Source: Phoronis australis | Taxonomy: Eukaryota > Animalia > Phoronida | Length of the DNA: 64,000 nucleotides | Assembly (NCBI GenBank): GCA_002633005.1 | Contig: NMRA01000006.1 | Location: 874,357-938,356 of the forward strand | Direction: 5' to 3' | The notes under the pieces: model-generated | What the model saw: the letters and a program-made list of their open reading frames with translations, nothing else | Database searches by the model: none | Told to the model about the DNA's origin: nothing | In this document: one piece after another, positions 27,701 through 40,200 of the stretch | Layout of the letters: every line of letters starts with the position of its first letter | Numbering within the stretch: the first letter of the stretch is position 1 | Translations under genes and position numbers: made by a program

Positions 27701-30700
27701 AGCCTATACTTAGCCATAGCTCCTTTACGATTGAGCCGTGTTCCAAATTTGACACTTGAAATTGGATCTGAGCCCCCCCCCACCAAACACACTAAAACTG
27801 CACACATTTCAATCTTGTTTCCGCCGTTATGTTAATTACCGGAGTTAATTGATAAACTCAACATTTCCCTACGCTCTTGCTGTTTCATTTTTTGCGGTTT
27901 CATTTTTTTTGCGGCAGCCAAGGGGGGGGGGGGAGGAGGCCGGGCCCCCTAAACCCGCCTATGTTCTGTTGCTAAAGTTATATGGAGCGATCTTTAGCGA
28001 CGGCTTTCGGCGCCATGAAATATTGCGTCACCTATTGGGCAGTTTCTTTTTTCGCTGATTCTTTCAACTGTTGTTCTTTCACGAGGTTGCGTACACTTCA
28101 CAACAAATTATCGGAACTGGTTTCATTTCATTATAATTTTTTTTAGAATTTTGATACCGAAAAACCGAATTTCAGGAGAAATTTTGCTGCTGGTAAGTTA
28201 TCATCATCTCCCGAGAGATGTCGCAAAAATTTAGGAAATGGCGCGTGTGCGTCACGAGCGTACTGTTTTCAATACGACGACATAACTTTTCTTTGTTAGA
28301 AAAAGCGGAAGATTACGCAAGAAAATGACGTTTATTAGATTGTTTTCCACTTAAACGGCTGTAACGGGCAAGGTGAGTGTCATTTGATTTCCAGATTTTA
28401 CATGCACCCTGTCCGTTGATACAGGTTTCACGGCGAGTTGACGAGCAGAACTACCCTGGCTGTGTGCTAATTTCGGGGTCTGTGGAAGAAAAACACATAG
28501 TGGTACCTAGCTGTATGTTGACGATAGTCTTCCTACAGCTAGCTGGCTGGCTAACCAACATACACGCATATGAACAAGTAAAAATGAATGGTGAAACTGT
28601 CAATTTTGTCCCAGACTGCAAAGACTTATAAAATATTTTTAAGGAGGAAATATTGAGGGAAACGAGTTTAAATCATCCTTATTAAAGTAGCATTAAACCC
28701 GTGATGTCTGTCAAAAAGTTTTGATTTAGGCCACTTGCCGCTTTAAAATTGGTCAAACATTGTTCCTTAATACTAGCGTAAGGGATCTCTGGGCTCGCCG
28801 GGACCTGTAATTGTATGAGGTGGTGACAGACTGTTGGTTCCTTACAAGCCCACAAACCACACCTATTTTGAATAAAGAATAATCTGAGACCAATTTCAAT
28901 ATGCTAAGGTGCATTAACAAAACTTTTTTTGACAACAAGCAAGACTTAAATACCACTTTAAGGTTGTTCGACACAATTTTATTATTCATTGATTTTTTTT
29001 GAACATTTTATACATTGTTTTCTTGGTATTTGTCTACTACAAATCTGCAACTATGGGGGGTAATGCATTAGTTTTTCCATTACAGCCGCCTAAACAAAAG
29101 TACCCCTGGCACAAAAGTGAAATTTACATGATCTACTGAAAATCCAATAATTATATTAATTTCGTTGTACGATGTTAATTTCATGTTTATAACTGCTTTA
29201 ATTATATTTCCCGGTTAATCGATTTTCTTTTGTTTTTGATTTTGAAAGCCTCAAAGTTTTGCGTTCCGGCTTCTGCTCAAAAAGTTGCACCATTAACTAT
29301 CTTGATGACAACCATGCTTTCCATAAAATAAAAAAGATAGGGGTTATGGATTTCGATTTTTAGCTATTTTAGGTCAAACAGTATCACATTAGAATGCGCA
29401 CGCAATCTGACCAGGACACTGACCTGCCAAATAAATGCTTACACGAGACGATACCAACTCACTTATGATGTTGCCTTTGTTTTTCATCAGTTTAGGACGT
29501 GGTGTGAATTTCATGAGTCGAAAGGGACTCCAAAACAGGAACACACCGTAAGTTTATCTGTAAAAAGGAACGTTTAATGGCATTCACGTTCGACAACCAT
29601 TTTGTATAACATCGCGAAAAATAAAAAATAATCTTCAAAAATGAATTATTTAATGTTCCAAAAATTCGATGTAATGTGAAAAAATAAGTTGAAACCGCTG
29701 AGTCGAAAGTATAGGTAAAACCCATAAAATATCTCAAAATACCTCAAATGTGAAAGATTCACCTGAAACAAATGCTGGGACTGCAAAATAATCACAAGGC
29801 TTGGAGGAACTCTACTGCTAAACACTTGTGAAAGATCGACCCCTTGACGTGAGGCAGCGTCGGTGCCTTTAACATTACGTAAACACCTAAAGGCAGCGCT
29901 AAATATTTATAGCAACACCTTACATAATGTTTATTTCAGCTCTCATTAAAGGTTGTTTAGAAACTTTTGCAATTCGGATTACCTTGAACTATGGTCCAAG
30001 CCTTGGGCAACAAGGCAACGCGTCAGTTATGAGGCGGGTCACAGGTGGCCGTGATTGACAGCTGGACGTGCGTCAGTTTGATAAGCTATTTGAGGTCTTC
30101 AGCTTTTAATACACCACGCTGATGTGCACTGACTTCACAAAATCGATGTTGATGAACAGAAACGTCAAATTAAACTGAATAACTCGATGAAGCAAATAAG
30201 TTTCTGTTAAATTTTACTATATGTGTCCTCAGTCATGTGAACCACAGAAAGTAGACTGATTTCGATCGTTATAACAGGTGGTCTTGACCATGGGAACACA
30301 AATCCACGGTGGCAATAGACACATCTATTATACATTGAGTAGCAACGCACTGAAACTTGATTAAAACAGTATGTTTTGAGCATCACTAAGAGCACAGCAA
30401 TGCAATGAATTGCTAAATGCTAGGAACGCTTAGGCTTATCGAGTGTCCTTACGTACTTTTCTATTCAGACCCCATTCAATACAATTAATTTCGGCCTTTC
30501 ATTATTTGTCCTTTGTTGTGGCAGTGACGCAATAAACATAGAACGAAAAGGCCACTTCATTTATCATTTTATGAGCCTACGTTGATAACCGAACTTGTAC
30601 AACTGAAATAACGAAAGCCCGTTCAATCAAGACTTTAAACGATTGCAGCGCCCACCAGTTTTTCGAGTGTATTCGACAAAAGGGGCCCAGTTGAAGGAAC

Positions 30701-32467
30701 ACATCATTTTCGTAGGGCTTTAAACAACATCCTTTTTAGGTGCTAATTTCAGAAACCTAACGCAGATGTCATTTAATCCGTAAGTGGTAGGTCGACGGAT
30801 GGTTACGAGCTGATAGAGAGCGACAAGTTGAGCCGTCTGCCAAAAGTGAATCATAGCTATTCGTCTGCGCTGGCCTTTTGTTGGTATCATCAGTGCGGGG
30901 TTTCACGTTGTCACAAGTAACAAGTTCAGATGCTCTAGTAAGCTAATTCTCAGCACAAATGAGAGTGGAGGAAATTAACTCCAGTTGTCTGGATTTGATT
31001 TTTTAGTATCCGTTGGTGGTCTCGGAAGTAGGCCGCGTTTCCGTATACCTATAAGATGTGTAGGGTTTCTAGAAAATACTTTTTGTAAGTACTTGGGGGA
31101 GCCAACTTTATTTTTATACTTTTTAATAAATTTACCAGCATGTTTTCAAAATCTAAAAAGTTGAGAGTGTTTTCATGCAGCCAATTTTTTAAATCCTACA
31201 GTTAAGAGCTGTATAAATGCGTATTACAGGATTGGCTTTTATCGTTGTAATGTTTGTTATTATCAGTTTTATGAGTTTGACTGTTGCCTATTAGATGTCT
31301 AATAAATCAGCGTTAACTCACAGTGCCTGTATTTATTTGTGTACCTCTGGTAGGACTTTGCATGGGATTTACATGATGGTTCGCTTGGATTTTAGCTAAG
31401 AACCTTACTTACTACCTCCTAGATTTTAAGTGAATTAATTTTTATAGTTTCCCTTTCCATTGCCACGGCACAACACGATTTAAAGACCTGGTAACATCTG
31501 AGATCACCAATTGAAAAAAGGTTTCATGTATGTTGATGAAAGACCACGGCCTGAGGCAAGCAATGACCTACAGAGTCCACCAGGAAAATACAAAAATATG
31601 ATCAGCAGTGCACAAGTACCCAGTTTCAACGTCTCAAGAATTATTTGCAGCCGCGTGGAATTATTTGCAGCCTCATGCCCGCTGTCACAAGTGGCACTGT
31701 GACTGTAAACTCTTGCGTGGTTATGATTAGGTAATGGTGCATGCCCAGGAAATACTCGACTTTAATTTTGACGGAAGGTGCAGCTGGAAAATTAGAATTT
31801 CCAGCTATTTATTGAGTGGTATCGAAAAAGGACCCATTTGTAAGGAGCTTTCATAAACCTAGCCAGCCAGCTAACACACGGTATTCTCGGACACCTTTTA
31901 AAATTAAGAATTAGTGCGGAAACATTAAGCACACGGGATGCCTTTTTGGAATGGAACTTCAAAAAGATATTGAATGTTAAATCCATTCTTTTAGCATTTA
32001 AAAGGAGCTGTGACGACAATGGTTACAACACGGCCGTGGGGATGTTGATGATGACAACGGGGATTATGATAAATGATGTATGGTGTCTATGGCGATGATG
32101 ATGACGACATTATCACAGCAGACGGTGATAATTATTGTAACACCTGTGTTGTATCGATTATGTGTAATGGTGATGATGACGATGACCATGAAGATTGTAG
32201 CAATGGTGGCGGGGATATTAATTATGATGATGACAATAATGAGGGTGAAGATGATGGTGATGATGATGGTGGTGATGATGGTGATTATGATGATGATGGT
32301 GATGATGATGATGTTGATGATGTTGATGATGATGGTGGTGATGATGATAATGATGATGATGATGATGATGATGGTGTTGATGATGTTGATGATGATGGTG
32401 GTGATGATGATGATGATGATCATGATGATGGTGTTGATGATGTTGCTGATGATGATGATGATGGTGT

Positions 32468-32511
<44 letters not shown>

Positions 32512-32545
32512 GTGTTGATGATAATGATGATGATGATGGTGTTGA

Positions 32546-32577
<32 letters not shown>

Positions 32578-33360
32578 ATGCTTACTGGGATGATGATGGG
32601 ACAAATATAAAATTGAAACTAATTAATGCACACAAATTTGTTAAGTAAACATGGTGGAAAAAGACATTTTTATACTTCATAAAAAGGTAACTATTTTTCC
32701 AAACGGCTACGTTGAGGACAATGTTTATCAAAGTGAACTTGTAATTTCTCACGACTCATTAATATAATGACGACAATGAATACACAATGTCGTTGTTGCT
32801 TGGCCTCATTATCGAATTTCATAAAAAATCACTATTAGCATCTTAGCATACGAGGTAACCATCAAACTAAAAGAAAACGAAGATATCTTGCATGCGGGTG
32901 ACACCTATCCACAACCATAAGATAATTAGTTGTTCGCACTTGGGGTTTAAAGACATTGAAAGATTTAAAATACATGTCTGACCACACTCAGCAGCGGTTA
33001 GTAGCCTCTGGGTCTATTGAAACAACACATTCCAGTAGTAAAGTGCAGAGGCATGAGCTGTACCAGAGTACAAATGACACGAATTACTATTAACTGTATT
33101 TTATGATAATTACATGAAATTGACTAGGTTTTGGTTACCAGCCTTCCGACAAAACTGTCTCTGCAAACCCGGGTCCTCCGATAATGTCATGCAACTGTAC
33201 ACATGAAGATATAAACGTTACTGAAAGTAGTCCCAATATTGCGGTCAAAACAAAACGCCAGGTTCAAGGTGTACTTACTTCGCTTCGATTTGCTGTTATT
33301 ACCACACGTAACCAAATCGACGAGTGTCAGACATAAAAGAACGTAATCCAAATACAGCAT
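19218..33360 (-). CDS. RSPO: R-spondin (secreted Wnt agonist), 5 coding exons, 879 nt / 292 aa
   Basis: Exons 33360-33279, 22245-22060, 20945-20796, 19992-19807 and 19492-19218 join in frame with GT-AG introns, all phase 1. The domain order SP-FU1-FU2-TSP1-basic with one domain per exon is diagnostic of R-spondins. Confidence 0.96.
19807..19992 (-). CDS. RSPO: R-spondin exon, thrombospondin type-1 repeat
   Basis: tttcctcag|VDCLVSSWSQWSYCARNGKTCGYKYGQTSRTRAVVQLPSPNGKRCPVTSEKKCCEMAMQSCV|gtgagt; WxxW and RxR motifs; 186 nt. Confidence 0.96.
20796..20945 (-). CDS. RSPO: R-spondin exon, furin-like repeat 2
   Basis: ttttccctttag|RCRIENCEACFHKNYCTHCLPPYLAYSGRCIDKCPEGFIYANYSRECVEN|gtaagt; 150 nt; absent from the ORF track. 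Confidence 0.96.
21709..21791. repeat. (TA)n/(CA)n microsatellite ending at an N
   Basis: Seen directly. Confidence 0.95.
22060..22245 (-). CDS. RSPO: R-spondin exon, furin-like repeat 1
   Basis: ttttttcttacag|..LTGPLCPQGCTACSPINGCITCRKDLFLLLHRDGMRQTGMCTHACPVGYYGIRREGFSKCY|gtaagt; 186 nt. Confidence 0.96.
22600..22920. mobile_element. Palindromic repeat element; related fragment at ~38430-38550
   Basis: ctacttttgtgagaattcaagataagtgt ... cttatcttgagttcggcacaaaagtag form inverted arms; ctacttttgtgcgaactcaagataagtgtct recurs at ~38492. Confidence 0.55.
23068..23775 (+). mobile_element. 5'-truncated L1/Tx1-type LINE (ORF2 C-terminal zinc-knuckle region) in an R-spondin intron, antisense to the gene
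   Basis: YTNSLLYKMKIVNSDKCHYCNLVQNTEHMFSHC is a zf-RVT-like CCHC. AATAAA and poly(A) lie at ~23753-23775, with a candidate TSD agttgagc at 23060-23067 and 23775-23782. Confidence 0.85.
24103..24210. repeat. Degenerate trinucleotide tract (CAT/CGT/TAT)
   Basis: Seen directly. Confidence 0.85.
26966..27963. mobile_element. 998-bp non-autonomous DNA element, CA...TG ends, 5-bp TSD (TTCTG)
   Basis: ttctg|cagtggcggatctag ... ctaaacccgcctatg|ttctg. The uninterrupted host copy near 36213 shows the empty site. Confidence 0.8.
27205..27270 (-). pseudogene. tRNA-derived relic (A-box/B-box, SINE-head-like) inside the 998-bp element
   Basis: Minus strand gtggtggtgcagtggtaaagcacgcgcgctctatccgtcaggtcgtgatttcgagtc: A box TGGTGCAGTGG and B-box-like ATTTCGAGTC; no intact cloverleaf. 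Confidence 0.55.
32040..32598. repeat. Long (GAT/GGT/GTT)n trinucleotide microsatellite in an R-spondin intron
   Basis: Seen directly; generates the poly-D, poly-M, poly-H and poly-I ORFs. Confidence 0.95.
33279..33360 (-). CDS. RSPO: R-spondin coding exon 1: signal peptide and basic processing site
   Basis: MLYLDYVLLCLTLVDLVTCGNNSKSKR+A|gtaagt, with an in-frame TGA two codons upstream. Resembles the vertebrate RSPO2 exon ending ..RRSKR. An acceptor (ttttctcttttcatgtatag) at 33512 implies a further upstream non-coding exon. Confidence 0.85.
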
Positions 33361-36048
33361 AGTTCATGGTTAAAACGCCAACAGGTCTAACCCATGGTGT
33401 CAAGTCCAAACGTCCGATTCTTGTCAGCCTTATTGGCCTCCCATCTTGGCCATTAATACTCCATTTGTAACATAAGTTCTATTCTTCTCGGCACAACTCC
33501 TTGTACGCAAGCCTATACATGAAAAGAGAAAATGAATTAAGTCACTCTTCATGTACTATATTTTGCCGAAAATAGTAATAAAGACTACCTCAATCCACAT
33601 TCAAATATAGTTGTAATAACTTAACAAATGACTAAAGAAAAGAGCTATTCAGCTGTGAGATTGGCTATTGTGTTTTTGTTGAGGGAACCGTCTACTTGAC
33701 ACCCCTACTTCGGATTACTTCACTCGCCAAGCTCAATGCGATTTACCGTTAGGGAAGTACGTATTATTTCAAATGTAGGTAGAGCGGAGGCAAATATTAT
33801 GTTGTTTTTTTCAAGTCACGACTTTTTGAACCCCAGTAAACGGAATGAGTTCGGTCACTAAACTGTTTATTTAGACCGCTTGCCGTTATAAAAAATGGTC
33901 TGTGCAAGTCAAATAAGAATCGATTTCCACGCTTGGAAAGAACTAGTGACAATTTATTATGTCTTGTGGACATGCTCGGCGCAAATATGTCCCACTGTGA
34001 CAAACGCGTTACGTGTAGAGCATCATCTCAACCAACAACGAACCGTCACTTCTTTCTAAGCCCACGAACCAGTCTTTTAAGGAACAACTCGAGACAAGAT
34101 TAACATTATAAATGCAAAAATAATATCTAATCTTGTATATATCACAGAAAATTCGTGGTACAGTTGTACAAATAGACTTTTTGTACATACGGTAATCATT
34201 TTAAAATAGTGGCTATGAGTCAATTGTCTCAGTCATGTGGCCTTAAATCTATGGGACAATTTTTTATAGCTATGGGTCACGATAGTCGAATCTCTGCCCC
34301 TTTCAGAGATTCGAATTTTGGTTGTGGGGGTCACAGTGCAATGTGAATATGCGTGATTTCGTCTGCATCTTCAGTGCGTTACGTGATTAGATATTGGTAT
34401 CATTCAAGACAAAATCGGTCGAAATTACGGCAGTTTTATTACGACCACTGGCCCGAGTTAAGCAATTATAGTTCGCCAATGAATGTTTTATGCGACAATG
34501 GCATGGACGCTTGCCTAATATATGGTATATAGAAACATGTGTACTCATCTATGTACAGATATACATAAAATGTTTTAATATCCAATCATAATGCTTGTGG
34601 GATTCTTGTGAAACGTTCACACATTATGCTTTAAGCACTGTTCTCCAAAAGCTTGTTATAAATTGCCTTTAAATTTATCCTCTTTCGAATGAGGGCTGTA
34701 AAAATAGGATTTTATCGTTATTATTTTTATGAAAAAATTAAAAACCGTATAAAAGTAAAACAAATTGATAACTTAAAAAATTAACAGTGTTTTTAGGATA
34801 TTATCAAGATTATATCAAAACAAAATTTGATCATGTTACTGATACCCTTATTTTGCTATGATTATTTTTCCTAAAAAGGCATAGTCACGGCACAATTGTA
34901 GTAAAGTAAAAATCGAATTCTACCGGGTTTTTGTTTTCAGAAAATATATAGTTTTCTTGGTTTAAACTGTGCAGTTTTTTGATATTTTACTGACTGCACA
35001 AACTTATGGGGTCCTACATAAACATAAATGTTAATTTACCACCTTAATATTGGCTGTCGAACAATTACAACTGGACAAGAGACACTTACACAGCTAGTTA
35101 ACGATGTGGGTGAAAATTTGGAAACTTAGTGAAGCTCGCTTGTTCAGTGCACAATAACTCCATTTGTGGTCCTCTCGCAGCGAAACAAAATTTAGCAAAT
35201 CCGGCCGCGAGCCAAGGTTTTTGCAACTCCGACATTCGAACGGCATTAGACAGTCAGCTGGCCTTGGTGCAATGCTGTACATGTCTAATATTCACGCAGA
35301 CAAGAAGCGCGCTCCATAACGAGGCTCACTGCGATGCTCCGTTATACGGCTAATCGGCATAATTGTGTTCCGCGTTGCACGAAAGGCCATTGAAAAAATA
35401 CGGACATTCAACAGTCTTTTATACAATCCTTAAAGACATTGAGATTCGGAAGCGTTGAGTCGCTGACATACGCCGCGACGAAGGAAAATATTTCTGCGTA
35501 AATCGATAATTTTTTTCGAAAGTTTGATCACATTTTATCGTACCTCGGTTGCCGACCATCACAGCGACGACCGGTGAATCTTCGGCCACCCAGGCTGTCT
35601 TTTTATGACTACGGGTTGAAACATGATGCATTTCTCTCCAAAAAGGACAGGGCCCTCAATCCCTCGATTTCGGGGCCGACAATTGGCCCTATTCCCCTCT
35701 CAAAAATATTGAAAGCCATGCGAAATTCCCCCACGAGGCCTAAAAATTCCCTATTTCTCCTGGAAGTTCAAATCCCCTGTAACCACACAGGTGACAATTT
35801 GAAACAGCACAAAAAGGTTACTTGAGAAAGACGCTATGAGAGCTTGCAATAGGGCGGGGGTGCTGTTAATAGAATTTCCCCCTCACTCGGGGAAAAATTC
35901 CCCTCTCAGAACTTGAGGCACAGGCACCTTTCTTCTTGGATGAACGCGGCCCCTCAGAGACACATGGTAACTATGCTTGCTCTGTTCAGTTAACTGAAAT
36001 AGAACTCTAAAACGATATGTCTATGGTCCGCCGCTACAGCCAGCAAGT

Positions 36049-37243
36049 AGCCTTGGTGCAATGCCTGTATACTAAATATACAGCTTTGCGCCGGTGTGGG
36101 TAAAAAAACTGGCCAAATAAAACCTGACACAAAATTAGTGTCATTAAAAGCTATGCTCTTCCTTGAGTAAACTAAATTATTGACATGTGTTAGAAAAATG
36201 GGCGTGCTACCGTTATTCTACTGCTCAAAGTTATGGAGGCGATTTTGTTCGTCGGCTTTCTGCGCGATGAAATGTAGCGTCACCTATTGGCTGGTTTCTT
36301 TTTTTCGCCAACTCTTCATTCAACTGTTCTTTTTTCACGAGGTTGCGTACAAGTCACAACAAATTATGGGAACTGGATAAGTTTTTAGTATTTTAATACC
36401 AACGCATTTCAGAAAAACTTTACTGCTGCGAAGCTGCCATCATCTCCCGAGAGATGTCGCAAAAATTAATAAGAAATGGCGCGTTCGCGTGTCACGAGGG
36501 TATTGCTTTCAAAACTACGAAATTTCGAGATCTATCTAGCTGTATTTTGAAGATAGTCTTCATACAGCTAGCGTCAAACTACAGTTAGTAACCTCTTCGG
36601 AAACTTATATCAACACGTAGAGCTAACGGCTGGGTGGGCGTTAACCGACACTCACCTTGCCAGTTACAACCGCATAAGTGAAAAACAATTTAATAAACGA
36701 CATCTCCTTGCCTAATTTTTCGACTTTTGTAACAAAGAAAGTCTGTCGCCGACTTGAAAACAGTACGCTCGTGAAACGCGCGCGCACCTTTTGCCATTTT
36801 TGTGACATATTTTGGCAGATTGTAACAGCTTCGGCTAAGCACTGAGAATTTTGTCTTAAATTCGATTCGCTGGTATCAAAACACAACAAACGTATAAAAA
36901 CTGAAACTAGGTCCGGTAATTTGTTGTGACATGAACGCAACCTCGTGGAAGAAGAACGTAACCTCGTGGAAGAAGAACGTAACCTCGTGGAAGAACAGTT
37001 GATTAAAGAATTGGCTATGAAAGAAACTGGCCGAAAGCCGACGACGCATAAGATCACTTCACAAATTTAGCAGCAGAATAATGATAGAACGCCATTTTTT
37101 CTAACACCCCTAAATAATTTAGTTTATTTAAGGAAGAGTGTAGGTTTTAATGCCACTAATTTTGCTTCAGATTTTACCTGTCCAATTTTTTAACCACATC
37201 GGTGCAAAACGGTAGCCTATGTATGTAGGCTTTGCTCCAAGAC
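36049..37243. mobile_element. ~1.2-kb foldback-like element with long imperfect TIRs
   Basis: agccttgg...aaaattagtgtcattaaaa...tgttagaaaaatgg (36049-36230) mirrors ccatttttttctaaca...ttttaatgccactaatttt...ccaagact (37060-37243); internal 21-bp x3 repeat at ~36933-36996. Confidence 0.75.
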
Positions 37244-40200
37244 TAGAATGACACCTACCTTGTCCATTACGACCGTTAAAAAGAAATACAATGAATCTGA
37301 TCATAGAAAACAAGTACCATTTTTGATCCAAATCAGTGCAAATCTGCATCTTTGCGTAACTTAAGCACCAAGGCTAGGCATATTACCGGTACAACACTAA
37401 CTCTGACATTCCTAATACAATAAGTCAATTGTTCAAAATATATAACTTATGAAAATGGACGCAAAATATTCGTACTCACGTTTCAATTGCATTGAATCAC
37501 GAGGAATATCATAAATATTGGCCTCCTAATCAATAATGCATTGCCTGGTCATATCACTGTGACTCCAGCGTGCTGAGAACTCTTTCAATATAAAACAACT
37601 AGCGCATTTTGATGTTAACTATGGTGCTAAACCGGACATTGAACAAACAGGCTATGCTGTATTGTAAATGCAACATTTTAATATTGTTTTTAACGACGAA
37701 CGTGATTCAGTAAAAAAGTTAACTACGAATAATTTTCATTCGTTTTAATGTTTGAATTAAACAAGCTAAACGTTTTTACGTTTTTATCTTCAATTCAGTT
37801 CTCATCGGCTTCAGCAGCATGCCATGTCCAGCCATCGAGGTGAGTTTAAACATCTTCAAGACTATCGTTGCTGTGATTTCTGCACAACACCTCCTTCTTA
37901 ATCCCATTTAAATCCACTCTCAATAGCCATCTATTCAAATCATCCAATTGCGCAAGTCAATTTATAACAACTCCATGAGCTATCTTGGCATATTTTCTTC
38001 CAGGACTAATCTCTCACGCGATAACGTTTATTCTACCTTCGAGTTTTTCTTAACTGCTCGTGTCTTTAACGACGGTGGCCGAAAGCGGTATTGGGTCTGT
38101 GAACTGTTATCGAAGTCTCTTGGATTGAATTGGCGTTTCCAAGAGAAAAATATGAAGAAAAATACAACAGCTATGAGAAACATGGTTCTAGAACTCAATT
38201 TACTCAACAAACTGTGATCACGTCTTAAACTTTAGACACGTGGCTCACATCATCTGCACACCCACATATTTTATTGAAAATGATCCGAAATAAATAAAAA
38301 GCGTGAAAATATTAACAGAAGAAGCTTGAACAATAAATAGTATGCGTTTCGGTAGAAATTAATTGACGGAGTAGGAAAAACGAATCTGGTAGACTATCTG
38401 TTGTACCATTCGAATACGAAGTTCATCTGGGCCCGGTCTCTAATCTTTTTACTCGAAATGGAACTCGAAATTATGTTTGGAATTTTCTACTCTACTTTTG
38501 TGCGAACTCAAGATAAGTGTCTATTATTCTATGCTTGAGTACATAATGACTTACGTGGATAATGTATTAGTCCGAGTTTGCAGTTGATAAACCCGAACAA
38601 AGAACACGAGGTGTGATGAAGTAGTGTATGAATAAACTTTAAAAAAATAAAAAAGATCAACGTTTTCAGCACCATTTCCAGTTTGCCTTAAACACACTAC
38701 AATTCCTAGCAAAAAGAACAACTGTTGATTTTGACCACTTGCGGCTATAAAGCTGATCATAACTTGTTCCGTTCTCAGAAACGGCGATTTCCATACTTGG
38801 GAAATACCGACGCATAACCGGCCTCGAGCATAAACGAATTGACGAAACTTCCCAGCAACAAAAAGCACTGCGAATCCGGTTAAGGATCAACTTGAGATCA
38901 ATTTTACAACGACAACTGGTGTAAATCAAAAGTTAATTTCATGTTAGAAGAAGGGTTTGCACCAGCTTCATTGTGAAAACCTGGCGTCTGAACAAACGTG
39001 ACCGGGTAAATAATAAAGCAGTGGAGAAGCCTTCGTTGTTCACCTCTGTATACTGTACACCCAAGGCGAAAAATTCATGGAAAAACAATAGCCAGTCCCA
39101 CACGAAATTTCCAACCAGAGGGCCAATTCTCTTCGACGGTGGTCTTCAATCACATTGTTAGAAAGATGCCCTAAGAAATGTTGCCTTGTAAAAATATAAG
39201 GAATACTTAACCTTCCGGCTATTGGGCCTGCATGTAGATACTGCTATGTACTGCTGACAAACATTAAACAAATTCTCGTCTCATCCAGATGAACACACGA
39301 CAGCGTGCACAAACCTTGAGGCACAATACACCGTGAGTTGTTGCTGACAAAATAGCACTGAGATAACTGGGCACACAACACTCAGGGAGGGCGAATAAAA
39401 CACGCAGACATCGAACGAGTTACGATAACATTCTCACCTCATAACTGAAATAAATCCGTAAAAGTAATGATAAGTGGCGATCTATCATGACGGAAGATAC
39501 AGTACAGTATATTCTAACTTTTGCTCAGACTTCACTGACAAGTAGTAAACAACAAAACACCCAAGGCCCTGGTCAACCAGACATTGGTGTATTTACCTTA
39601 ATATTTTGACAATAAATACAAGATGTTGAGAGTAAAATTATGAACGGTAGATGGCCGGGAGCAAGAATGTGATTTTAAAACATTTGGGTATTTTTGAACA
39701 ACTTTCGTCGGAATGTCAATCTTTCACGTTACGACAAATGCTTGTTGTTGTTACCTTACAAACCGTCAAAAACTCCTACGCGCTTCCAATCATGTGGAAT
39801 GATTGTTGACGAATAATTTGTGTTCGTCCCTGATCCTTAACTGCATTTCCTCAGTATTTAGCTAGCAAAAAAACGAAGCTCATAAATCTATCTTTTTTTC
39901 TTTTATCAACAAGAGCAACGAAACCACCAGCGACTGCAAAATGCTTCACAGAGGTGTAGACGAACTCTAAAGTTACGAATTCGTAAATGGCGCATTTACG
40001 CATTGCCTATGAATTGAATATACGGACTATTCGCGGCACCAATTCAAGAAGGGATAAGCATGATAGAAATTTAACCCCAAAGCGCTTCTGTTTAGAATTC
40101 AACATTGACAGCTAGCTAAACAGCGACAGAATCCCATGCATCACGCGCACCAATTGTTTGCTGCAGACACAGTTTGTTAATTTCGTATGTTCGCTACCTG

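Larger units (their letters stand above)
26804..28560. mobile_element. Copy of a long-TIR (foldback-like) element family, interrupted by a 998-bp insertion
   Basis: 26804-26965 plus 27964-28270 are co-linear with 36049-36500; 28240-28385 matches the reverse complement of 36645-36790. The right boundary is approximate. Confidence 0.75.

Noticed and set aside
32064-32648. Poly-Asp, poly-Met, poly-His and poly-Ile ORFs of 119-191 aa
   Set aside because: All are frames of one intronic (GAT)n microsatellite; no splice or domain evidence.
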